Of a stretch of DNA of 14,790 nucleotides, positions 1-8,007 are shown piece by piece. This DNA is from Candidatus Velthaea sp. (GTDB lineage: Bacteria > Vulcanimicrobiota > Vulcanimicrobiia > Vulcanimicrobiales > Vulcanimicrobiaceae). Below the pieces are notes generated by a model. It saw nothing but the letters and a program-made list of their open reading frames with translations, was not told where the DNA came from and searched no databases. The stretch spans positions 1 through 14,790 of the forward strand of contig JBEKHC010000114.1 of assembly GCA_050012475.1 (NCBI GenBank), given 5' to 3'. Each line of letters starts with the position of its first letter. Within the stretch, counting starts at the first letter, position 1. Made by a program: the position numbers and the translations under genes.

Positions 1-1
1 G

Positions 2-844
2 GCCGGGCCGATCGCGCGCATCGCCGCCGTGCGAACCGGGCCGGTTTCGCCGAGGACCGACGGCGACATCCACACGACCACCTCGATCGCCATCTCCGGT
101 TCGACGCTCTATGCCGGCGTCGGTTCGAGTTGCGATGCGTGCACGGAAGTCGATCCCACGCGCGCGAGCATCCAGCAGATGGCGCTCGACGGCAGCGGCA
201 TGACGACCAAAGCGAAAGACATCCGCAATGCGATCGCGTTCGCCGTCGATCCGTCGACCGGATCGGTCTGGGCGGGCGGCGCAGGACAAGACAAACTGCC
301 GTTCGGACATCCGTACGAAACGCTCGATGCGGTCAGCGCGCGTCCAGGCGTCGCCGACTACGGCTGGCCCGTTTGTTACGAGAATGCCGTCCCGGTCAGC
401 GGCACGTTGGCGGCGACGTGCGCAGCGATGACGATTCCCGCGATCGCGATGCCCGCCTACGCGACGTTGATCGGGGCCGTCTTCTATCCGGCGGGCACCA
501 CCGCGCCGTACGCATTTCCGGCGGCGTATCGCGGCGGACTGTTCGTGAGCATGCACGGTTCGTGGCACACGAACCCCGACGGAACGTCGGCGGCGCAACC
601 GCAAGTCGTCTACGTGCCGTTCAGCGGCGGCCACCCCGCGACCGCGGTGGATTGGAACGCGCCGAACGCCCAGTGGCAATCGTTCTTATCGAATTTCGGG
701 ACGACGGCGGCGAACCGCGTTGGCCGGCCGACGGGTTTGGCCGTCGGATCGCAGGGCAGCCTCTTCGTCGCCGACGATCTGAGCGGGAACATCTACCGCA
801 TTCGGCCGGTAAGCGCGGCGCCGCAATCGCTGCCCCGGCGCTGA
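2..844 (+). CDS. PQQ-dependent sugar dehydrogenase / L-sorbosone dehydrogenase family beta-propeller protein, paralog 1 (5'-truncated by window edge)
   Basis: The frame is open from position 2 (AGPIARIAAVRTG...) to TGA 842-844. Family-type motifs: LYAGVGSSCDAC, IRNAIAFAVDP, DYGWPVCY, YRGGLFVSMHGSWH, GRPTGLAVGSQGSLFVADD..GNIYRI. Confidence 0.85.
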   Translation, partial: AGPIARIAAVRTGPVSPRTDGDIHTTTSIAISGSTLYAGVGSSCDACTEVDPTRASIQQMALDGSGMTTKAKDIRNAIAFAVDPSTGSVWAGGAGQDKLPFGHPYETLDAVSARPGVADYGWPVCYENAVPVSGTLAATCAAMTIPAIAMPAYATLIGAVFYPAGTTAPYAFPAAYRGGLFVSMHGSWHTNPDGTSAAQPQVVYVPFSGGHPATAVDWNAPNAQWQSFLSNFGTTAANRVGRPTGLAVGSQGSLFVADDLSGNIYRIRPVSAAPQSLPRR

Positions 845-846
845 CA

Positions 847-2061
847 TTGCCCACCGCGCGTGTTCTGCTGCGGCCGCTGCTCATCGTTGCGTTGCTGCTG
901 CTGACACTGCTGGGCGCGCCGTCGCGCAGCGTCGGGAAAGCGCAGGCAGCGGCAACGTTGAATCTGCCGCCCGGCTTTACGCTCGAAACGATCGCACACG
1001 TCGCCGGGGCACGCGAACTCGCCGTTGCCGCCAACGGCGACGTATACGTCGGAACCGGTGGCGATACGGTGTACGTCGTTCCGGATGCGCAGGCCGCGCC
1101 GGGCAAACCGCGGCCGTTCGTACGGGTCGACGACCGTCCCGCTGCGGGCGTGGCCATCGCCGGCGGATGGCTGTATGTCGGGGCGCAATTCGGCGTGTAT
1201 CGCCTGCCGTTCAGTTCCGGCGACCGAACGCCGCGCGAACTGCCGCGCAAGATCGCGAGCGTGCGTCCCCAAGGCGGCTCAGGCGCGCATAAAACGACTA
1301 CCGTCACGATCGGCGGCACGACGCTGTATGCGGGCATCGGATCGTCGTGCAACAATTGTCAGCCCGAGCGCGATGCGACGCGAGCAACGATCCAGCAAAT
1401 GCAGCTCGACGGCAGCGTCATGACACCTCGAGCTCAGCACATCCGCAACCCGATCGCGTTGACGATCGATCCGCAGACCGGCGCACTGTGGGCTGGCGTG
1501 GCCGGCCAAGACGAACTCGCGCCCGGGCATCCGTACGAGATCATCGACGACGTCAGTGCGCATCCCGGTGTTGCCGATTACGGCTGGCCGCATTGCTACG
1601 AGAACCGTCAGCCGGTTCCGCCGGGTTCCGATTGCTCGAATGCGGTGCTGCCGCGCGCGGTGGTACCAGCATACGAAACGCCGATCGGAGCGGCGTTTTA
1701 TCCGCTGAACCCGACCGGCCCGTACGCGTTCGGGCCGGACTATCGCGGCGGTCTGTTCGTCACCTTGCACGGCTCGTGGCACCTGCCGCGGGTGCCGCCG
1801 CAGGTGGTGTTTTTCCCGATGCACGGCGACGAGCCCCAAACACCGGTCGACTGGTCCGATCCCGCCGCGCAGTGGCGCGAGTTCTTGAGCGGCTTTCAGC
1901 AACCCGACGGCACGCGCATCGGCCGGCCCACCGGCGTCGCGGTCGGCACTGACGGCAGCCTGTTCGTCGCCGACGACGCCGCCGGCGCGGTCTATCGCAT
2001 TCGTCCGGCGCGCTCGGTGGCGCAGCGATTCGCCGCGACGACGCGAAGCTCGGCACGATGA
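847..2061 (+). CDS. PQQ-dependent sugar dehydrogenase / L-sorbosone dehydrogenase family beta-propeller protein, paralog 2, with signal peptide
   Basis: C-terminal ~400 aa of track ORF 130..2061. A signal-peptide-like N-terminus (PTARVLLRPLLIVALLLLTLLGAPSRSVGKAQA) is followed by LNLPPGF, ARELAVAANGDVYVGT, GSSCNNC, IRNPIAL, DYGWPHCY, GLFVTLHGSWH and GRPTGVAVGTDGSLFVADD. Start is uncertain: TTG 847, or CTG 841 overlapping the upstream stop as CTGA. Confidence 0.85.
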   Translation: MPTARVLLRPLLIVALLLLTLLGAPSRSVGKAQAAATLNLPPGFTLETIAHVAGARELAVAANGDVYVGTGGDTVYVVPDAQAAPGKPRPFVRVDDRPAAGVAIAGGWLYVGAQFGVYRLPFSSGDRTPRELPRKIASVRPQGGSGAHKTTTVTIGGTTLYAGIGSSCNNCQPERDATRATIQQMQLDGSVMTPRAQHIRNPIALTIDPQTGALWAGVAGQDELAPGHPYEIIDDVSAHPGVADYGWPHCYENRQPVPPGSDCSNAVLPRAVVPAYETPIGAAFYPLNPTGPYAFGPDYRGGLFVTLHGSWHLPRVPPQVVFFPMHGDEPQTPVDWSDPAAQWREFLSGFQQPDGTRIGRPTGVAVGTDGSLFVADDAAGAVYRIRPARSVAQRFAATTRSSAR

Positions 2062-3317
2062 GCACGCTCCAAGCAACGCTGGCCGCGCGCGTGCGGCCGG
2101 CCTTTCCGGCACTCGCGCGCACGATCGCGGGACATCCGGTGGGCTATTTCGACGGACCCGGCGGGACGCAAGTGCCGCAGCGCGTCGCCGCTGCGATGTC
2201 CGACTATCTCCTGAACCACAACGCGAACGACGGCTGGGCGTTTCGCAGCAGCGTCGAGACCGATCGCGCGTTGCGTCATGCCCGCGCCGCCGCAGCGGCG
2301 TTCGTCAACGCTGCGTCGCCCGACGAGATCCTCTTCGGCAACAACATGACGACGCTGACGTTTCACCTCGCCCGCGCGGTTGGGCGCATGCTCGAACCGG
2401 GCGACGAACTCATCGTGACCGATCTCGACCATCATGCCAACATCGATCCCTGGGTTGCGCTCGCGCGCGATTACGGCGCGGTCATCAAACGCGTTCCGCT
2501 ATGCGACCGGCAGCCGGTGCTCGACATCGCGGCGTACGAAGCCCTGCTGGGTCCGCGCACGCGGCTCGTCGCGATCGGCCTGTCTTCGAACGCCTTCGGC
2601 ACGATCAACCCCGTCGCGCAGGTCGCCGCTGCCGCGCATCGGGCGGGCGCGCTGGTTTTCGTCGACGCCGTGCACGCCGCAGCCCACGCGCCGGTCGACG
2701 TCGCCGAACTCGGTGCCGACCTGCTCGCGTTTTCCGCGTATAAGGTGTACGGGCCGCACGTCGGCGTCGCGTATTGCCGCGACGCCTTGCTGGACCGGCT
2801 CGATTTTCCGCGGCTCGCACCGCAAGTGCCCAAAGGCTCGCGGCGCGCCGAGAGCGGCACGCTCAACCACGAAGGGATCGCCGGCACCGGAGCTGCGCTC
2901 GAGTTCCTGGCCGCGGCGAGTGATTCCGCCGGATCGCTGCGCGAGCAGCTCGTCGCGACGATGTCGCGGTTAGCCCGCGAAGAAGCCGGCGCGTTTACCG
3001 CCCTCGTCGCCGGTTTGCGTGCGTTGCCCCACGTCCGGCTATACGAGCCGCCGCCCGGCGTGCCGCGTCATCCGACGATCGCGTTCACCGTCGCGGGCCG
3101 CCGCGCTCGCGACGTGAGCGCGCAGCTCAGCGACGAACACGCGCTGTTCGTTTCGCACGGAAATTTTTATGCCGCGACGGCCGTTGCGAAGGTTGCGCCG
3201 GAGGCCGATGCAGACGGCGGGGTCGTCCGCGCAGGCCTGGGCATCTATACCCTGGAGGCCGAGGTCGAGCGCTTGATCGCCGCCGTCGCCGCGCTCGCAG
3301 CCGGCAGCAAAGCCTAG
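2058..3317 (+). CDS. Cysteine desulfurase-like protein (class V PLP-dependent enzyme, subfamily lacking the catalytic Cys)
   Basis: ATGA overlap with the upstream stop. Motifs: FPAL, YFDGPGGTQVP, DLDHHANIDPW, GLSSNAFGTINPV, VFVDAVH, FSAYKVYGPHVG (PLP Lys at 2742-2744), ESGTLNHEGIAG, GNFYA, GVVRAGLGIY. Confidence 0.9.
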   Translation: MSTLQATLAARVRPAFPALARTIAGHPVGYFDGPGGTQVPQRVAAAMSDYLLNHNANDGWAFRSSVETDRALRHARAAAAAFVNAASPDEILFGNNMTTLTFHLARAVGRMLEPGDELIVTDLDHHANIDPWVALARDYGAVIKRVPLCDRQPVLDIAAYEALLGPRTRLVAIGLSSNAFGTINPVAQVAAAAHRAGALVFVDAVHAAAHAPVDVAELGADLLAFSAYKVYGPHVGVAYCRDALLDRLDFPRLAPQVPKGSRRAESGTLNHEGIAGTGAALEFLAAASDSAGSLREQLVATMSRLAREEAGAFTALVAGLRALPHVRLYEPPPGVPRHPTIAFTVAGRRARDVSAQLSDEHALFVSHGNFYAATAVAKVAPEADADGGVVRAGLGIYTLEAEVERLIAAVAALAAGSKA

Positions 3318-3389
3318 TCCGGCAGCGAACGCCGGTCCGGCCGGCGGCGCATTCGAAGGACCAGGTCAACTTCCATCCGTTCGGCGGGT

Positions 3390-3417
3390 GTTACAGCGCG
3401 GACAGCCGGCGTATCAT
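3390..3417 (+). promoter_or_regulatory. Putative sigma70-type promoter for a leaderless kdpA transcript
   Basis: GTTACA (3390-3395), 16 nt, TATCAT (3412-3417), 7 nt, ATG (3425). No Shine-Dalgarno sequence precedes the ATG. Confidence 0.5.
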
Positions 3418-3424
3418 TGGCCGT

Positions 3425-5119
3425 ATGTTCGCTTGGGCCGAACTTGCCGGATTTCTGATTCTCCTGACGGCGCTAACGCCGGTCTTGGGCGGCTATCTCG
3501 CCCGCGTCTTTGAGGGCCCGCCCGCCGGCATAACGCGTTTCGGGCGACCCTTCGAGCTTCGGCTGTATCGAATCTGTCGCATCGATCCGGCGAACGAGAT
3601 GAGCTGGTCGGAATATCTTGCGGCCGTGCTCATCTTCAGCGCGGTTTCGGCGGCCGCGCTTTTCGCTCTGCTCTGCACCCAGGCGTGGCTGCCCCTCAAT
3701 CCGCAGCATTTCCCAAATCTGTCTCCGCTACTGGCCTTCAACGTCGCAGTCAGCTTCATGACGACGACCGACTGGCAAGCCTATTCCGGTGAAAGCGCGC
3801 TGAGTTATCTCGCACAAATGGCTGGCCTGGGATGGCAGAATTTCACTGCTGCGGCCATCGGTTTGGCCGTTGCACTCGCGACCATCCGGGGTTTCACGCG
3901 CACGCTGACCGGGACGGTCGGTAACTTTTGGGTCGATCTCACGCGGTCGATCTTCTACGTCCTGGTGCCGCTGAGTGTCGCCGGCGCGCTCTTCTTCGTC
4001 GCCCAGGGGATACCGCAGAATTTCGCACCGTATCAAACCGTCACGACCGTCGAGGGCGCGCCCCAGACCATCATCGGCGGACCGATCGCCTCGCAAGACA
4101 TCATCAAGCAGTTAGGCGTGAACGGTGGCGGATTTACCGCCGCGAACGCCGCCGCACCGAACGAGAACCCAACGCCGCTCACCGACTTCGCCCAACTCTT
4201 CGCGATGTTTTTGCTCGGCGCTGGGCTGACCAACGCCTTCGGCCGTCTGGTGGGGGACGTGCGGCAAGGCTGGACGCTGTACACGGCGATGACGATCCTC
4301 TTCGTCGCGGGATTCATCGGCGTCTGGGCACCCGAACACGCCGGCAATCCCTTCGTTCATCACTTGGGCGTCGGCGGACCGAATCTTGAAGGCAAAGAGC
4401 TGCGCTTCGGGGATACCGGCAGCGCGATCTCCGTCACGGTCGCGACCGATACATCCAGCGGTGCTTCCAACGTTGCGTACGACTCGCTCATGCCGCTGTC
4501 GGTGCTCGTCGCGATGCTCAACATGCAGATCGGCGAAGTCATTTTCGGCGGCGCCGGCAGCGGCCTGTACGGGATGCTGATCCTCGTTCTGCTCACCGTC
4601 TTCATCGCTGGATTGATGGTCGGACGGACGCCCGAGTATCTGGGGAAGAAAATCGAGCAGCGCGAGATCACCCTGGTCGTGATCGCGGCGCTCGTTCCGG
4701 CCCTGGTAATGCTCGTTCCTACCGCGCTCGCTCTCCTCCCTGGTGTCTCGAGTACAGGCAACGGCGGGCCGCGGGGATTCAGCGAAATTCTCTATGCCTT
4801 CACCTCGGTCGCGGCCAACAACGGCAGCGCGTTGAGCGGTCTCACCATCGCGACCGACGCCTACAACTGGCTGACCGCCGCGGTCATGCTCGCGGGCCGC
4901 TTCGCGACCTTGGCTGTCGCTCTGGCGCTGGCCGGAACGCTCGCGCGCAAAACCCGCAATACCGACATCACCGCGGGCACGTTCCGTACCACGTCGCCGA
5001 TGTTCGGCCTGCTGCTCCTTAGTACGGCGATCGTCGTGACCGCCTTGACGTTCATCCCCGCTGACGCACTCGGGCCGGTCGCCGAACACCTCCTGCTGCA
5101 CGCCGGTCACAGCTTCTGA
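3425..5119 (+). CDS. kdpA: Potassium-transporting ATPase subunit A (KdpA), solitary and divergent
   Basis: 564-aa polytopic membrane protein with KdpA hallmarks: LPLNPQHF, AFNVAVSFMTTTDWQAYSGESALSYLAQM, GNFWVDLTR, GPIASQ..IKQLGVNGGGF, ENPT, EGKELRFG, GEVIFGGAGSGLYGML, FIAGLMVGRTPEYLGKKIE, GFSEILYAFTS.AANNGSA, MLAGRF, ALTFIP.DALGPVAEHL. Ends TGA TAA. Confidence 0.95.
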   Translation: MFAWAELAGFLILLTALTPVLGGYLARVFEGPPAGITRFGRPFELRLYRICRIDPANEMSWSEYLAAVLIFSAVSAAALFALLCTQAWLPLNPQHFPNLSPLLAFNVAVSFMTTTDWQAYSGESALSYLAQMAGLGWQNFTAAAIGLAVALATIRGFTRTLTGTVGNFWVDLTRSIFYVLVPLSVAGALFFVAQGIPQNFAPYQTVTTVEGAPQTIIGGPIASQDIIKQLGVNGGGFTAANAAAPNENPTPLTDFAQLFAMFLLGAGLTNAFGRLVGDVRQGWTLYTAMTILFVAGFIGVWAPEHAGNPFVHHLGVGGPNLEGKELRFGDTGSAISVTVATDTSSGASNVAYDSLMPLSVLVAMLNMQIGEVIFGGAGSGLYGMLILVLLTVFIAGLMVGRTPEYLGKKIEQREITLVVIAALVPALVMLVPTALALLPGVSSTGNGGPRGFSEILYAFTSVAANNGSALSGLTIATDAYNWLTAAVMLAGRFATLAVALALAGTLARKTRNTDITAGTFRTTSPMFGLLLLSTAIVVTALTFIPADALGPVAEHLLLHAGHSF

Positions 5120-5353
5120 TAAACGCCGCGCTTTCGCCCTTTGGAGCTTCTTTTTGTCGATCGATGCCGCCGAATGGATCATCCGATCGGCGGTCCGTTA
5201 TTTGGGCCTTTACGCGGCGGCGACGTCTCCCAGCTGCCGTCGACGATCTGACGCTCCGCGGCGGATGTACGCGATCGGGCTCTCACCCTCGGGTATCTGT
5301 CGATTCCGTTTGCAAAAACATCGTCGCCCTGCTGCGGTCTTGCGTACGCGCTC

Positions 5354-8002
5354 TTACTCTCGTGTCGATCCCATCGAGCGGCGGCGAAAATGGCCTACGG
5401 CTCTTTTCAACACGCCGATCACTCTCCAGTCGATCACTCTCCAAGTGACGAACAACTTCACCACGTAGAAGAAGCCGGAGATGAGTAAAACCGCGGCCAA
5501 CACGCCGAAAATTAGCCACATGACCGGATGATTGGTAAGCGGATCATGCCTCTCGTCTAAGACGATTACCTTGTGTGTCAGCAAGTAGTGAAACGGGTAC
5601 AGCTGGAGGCTGAGCACGGCAATGAGCACCCCAGCGGCCTGGATGACGCCGATCGCGATCAGGGTCTTGTTGATCCGCGCGTCGATTTGCTCTTTCTCGC
5701 GCACCGCGTCCTCTTGGACGCGGGCAAACAGCGTTTGCTGTTCTGCTTCGAGGAGCTCTCGCTGGCGCTCGACGCCGCGCAGATCGCTGGCAAACTCGTA
5801 CATCCGGCGCTCCGACGGATAGCGAAACGGGTCGCGAATGTAGCGTTCCATGCGTCGTCGTATCGCGTGTAAGCGTTTCGTCGCCGCAATGCCGGTGTTC
5901 GTGTCCGGTTGTCTTGACTCGAGACGTTCGAGTTCGGCTTGGAGCATCACGAGAAGGTGCTCATTGTGGCCAAGGACGAGGCGCACCAATAGCCAGTAAG
6001 GATCAGAACCAAGACGAGTGCGTGACTCGAAGTAGGCGCGCCGATAGCTGCCGAACCAGACGATGACCCTTGCGTGCACGAAGCTGATCTCTGATCCGAG
6101 CTGCTGATTGAGCAGCAACGAGTCTTGGATCTCGATCGAATCTTGCGTGTCGAAGTCCAGCACGTTCTGCACGATACCGGCGAGCCGTTTGGAAAACTGG
6201 TCAACCGGAACGTTGCGAAGACTCGCGGCTCTGGCATAGTGGATCACGTCGTCATGGCGCTCTGAGCCCACGATTTCGACGGCGGCAAAGTTCGGGGCAT
6301 AACGAACGACAACGGAGTCATTGTTTTTGACGGGATCGCCGAACGTGAAGCACCTTAGCTTCTCGGCAAGGTTCCCTACGTTGTCGGTGAACCGTAAAGG
6401 CGATTCAAAAAGCGTGAAGATCGATTCGCCGTCGGTTCGATCCGACTTGGCGCGAAATCGCTCCTCCATTAGCACGTCGCGAACGAAGCAGTCGAGCTGT
6501 TGTGAGTTCTGCGCCGCATCGGCTCGCGGCTGGCTGCCGTAACGCTTTCTGAAGGTGGGTTGCTTATCGGCGGTGCCGGCAGCACCAACGAGCGACTCGA
6601 TAAGCAGCAGCTCCGTGGCGTTCACCCGTGGCATGAACTCGTCGGGTTCAAGGATGATCGAAATTCCGTATGCCGCGATACCGCTCTGGAAAAGCGCCAC
6701 AAAATCCGTTATTTCGGCTGCTATGGAAACGTCCGCTACTGGTCCGACACGTCGAGTCTCTGTCCGCATCTCCCAATTGATTTCAAACTCTTTCGGAAAG
6801 TCGATCCAGACGGGGACTGGCCGCCGAAACGTGCCGTTGGCCTCGATCGTATTCCTACCTCCGAAAGGTTCACAGCATATGACAAGCGGCATGGTTGCCT
6901 CTGAGACGAACGGAACGACGATATCTTTGTGGTACGATTCGACTGCATCGGTAAGGAGCGCGGCGGGTTTATGCGTTTGAATCCGTTGCCGCACGTCGCG
7001 TAGATCGATGCTCTGCTCAGCGCCGTCTTTCCGCGAAAAGCCCGTCAGCGGCATCGGGTCGATCTTCGTTTGGACGGGATCGGAAGCTGCGAAAAGATCG
7101 GTAAAGAAGAGGAGCTGCACGGTGATGCTCCTGGCTCGTCCGAACGTCTCGTCATAGCACGCTGGAAGATCGAGTGAGAGCGGGAGTAATGCCACGCGTT
7201 CCGAGGAGTGTAACTCAGCCATCATCTGCTTGAGATATTGCGAATCGCGCTCTCCGAGCGAGGTGTAGAATTCTTCCAGGAATGCGCTGACCCGCTGTCC
7301 ATCGAGATCGGGCGGGAAGTCTTCGGGGGGCATGTGAGCAAGCAACGAGTAATGATTCGGCAACGCATGTTTATTTGGGGACAAGGCGGGCTGCGTATAG
7401 TCAAGTTTCAAACGCATGAAGCCAAAGTTCTCGAGCATGCCAATGCGCCGATAAGCGATCTCGGTCTCGCCCCGCGGAGTCTCTACTTCGGCAAAGATGT
7501 ACGCCGTGTCGTCTTCGGGATCCAAGGTCGATTGAACGGTGTGAAGGGCCCGGCGAACCAGTGAGCTGCCGATTCCGCGGCCTTGAGTGCTAGGATCAAC
7601 GGCAAGGTAAGTGATGAGCCACGTACGGCTGTTGCGATAGTACTCGAAAACAATTCCGCCCAGAATCCGGGGTTCCGGCAATTGCTGCTCGGAGAGATCT
7701 CCTTTCGCGACGGCAAGCAGATCGATTGCGAGAGTGATGTACACGCGAGGCTTGGAATCTGGCGGATCCGCACCCAAGAGCGGCAGCCAAGTTCCGCAGT
7801 CTTCGGCCCCATCCTTATCGGGAAACGCGCTGTCGTAGACTTGTTTACAGAATGCGTGACAGAGTGACGCTCGTTCGGCGGCGTCGGTACACGTGTTCAG
7901 TTCGACGAAGTGCACCGTCGAATCGCTGCCCGATTTCCGGCGGTATCTACGTCGAAGCTCGGGCTTCGAGCTCCTTCGCGCTCGGCGTGTTTTGCTTTCC
8001 AC
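5354..8002 (-). CDS. Uncharacterised 882-aa fusion: N-terminal GNAT acetyltransferase, unknown central region, C-terminal helical stalk plus 2 TM helices (CorA-like architecture)
   Basis: Long uninterrupted ORF in a lower-GC segment. GNAT motifs: VYDSAFPD, ILGGIVFEYY, LITYLAVDPSTQGRGIGSSLV (acetyl-CoA-binding Q/RxxGxG), YIFAEVE, ENFGF, YTQPAL. Hydrophobic segments at aa ~780-805 (TLIAIGVIQAAGVLIAVLSL) and ~827-853 (VMWLIFGVLAAVLLISGFFYVVKLFV), preceded by a charged amphipathic helix. Start is GTG 8002 or GTG 7915. Confidence 0.8.
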   Translation of the reverse strand: MESKTRRARRSSKPELRRRYRRKSGSDSTVHFVELNTCTDAAERASLCHAFCKQVYDSAFPDKDGAEDCGTWLPLLGADPPDSKPRVYITLAIDLLAVAKGDLSEQQLPEPRILGGIVFEYYRNSRTWLITYLAVDPSTQGRGIGSSLVRRALHTVQSTLDPEDDTAYIFAEVETPRGETEIAYRRIGMLENFGFMRLKLDYTQPALSPNKHALPNHYSLLAHMPPEDFPPDLDGQRVSAFLEEFYTSLGERDSQYLKQMMAELHSSERVALLPLSLDLPACYDETFGRARSITVQLLFFTDLFAASDPVQTKIDPMPLTGFSRKDGAEQSIDLRDVRQRIQTHKPAALLTDAVESYHKDIVVPFVSEATMPLVICCEPFGGRNTIEANGTFRRPVPVWIDFPKEFEINWEMRTETRRVGPVADVSIAAEITDFVALFQSGIAAYGISIILEPDEFMPRVNATELLLIESLVGAAGTADKQPTFRKRYGSQPRADAAQNSQQLDCFVRDVLMEERFRAKSDRTDGESIFTLFESPLRFTDNVGNLAEKLRCFTFGDPVKNNDSVVVRYAPNFAAVEIVGSERHDDVIHYARAASLRNVPVDQFSKRLAGIVQNVLDFDTQDSIEIQDSLLLNQQLGSEISFVHARVIVWFGSYRRAYFESRTRLGSDPYWLLVRLVLGHNEHLLVMLQAELERLESRQPDTNTGIAATKRLHAIRRRMERYIRDPFRYPSERRMYEFASDLRGVERQRELLEAEQQTLFARVQEDAVREKEQIDARINKTLIAIGVIQAAGVLIAVLSLQLYPFHYLLTHKVIVLDERHDPLTNHPVMWLIFGVLAAVLLISGFFYVVKLFVTWRVIDWRVIGVLKRAVGHFRRRSMGSTRE
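5416..5443. repeat. Short tandem duplication, 15-bp period, in frame
   Basis: CGATCACTCTCCA at 5416-5428 and 5431-5443; encodes WRVID-WRVIG just after TM2 of the 882-aa protein. Confidence 0.8.
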
Positions 8003-8007
8003 GGTTC

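Noticed and set aside
130..840. N-terminal ~237 aa of the 643-aa track ORF
   Set aside because: Arg-rich off-frame read-through over paralog 1; recognisable sequence starts only at ~841-847.
3318..3424. kdpF or a K+/c-di-AMP riboswitch upstream of kdpA
   Set aside because: No short hydrophobic ORF, no recognisable riboswitch consensus, and the promoter geometry leaves no leader.
5124..5156. Possible intrinsic terminator after kdpA (T-run near 5151-5155)
   Set aside because: No convincing GC stem precedes the T-run.
4112..5182. 356-aa - strand ORF and other long antisense ORFs (e.g. 1279..2112, 13146..14087)
   Set aside because: Shadows of well-supported genes on the opposite strand, with no family motifs.
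5154..5353. Short ORFs in the kdpA-GNAT spacer as a kdpB remnant
   Set aside because: No KdpB-like N-terminal or P-type ATPase motifs in the translations.
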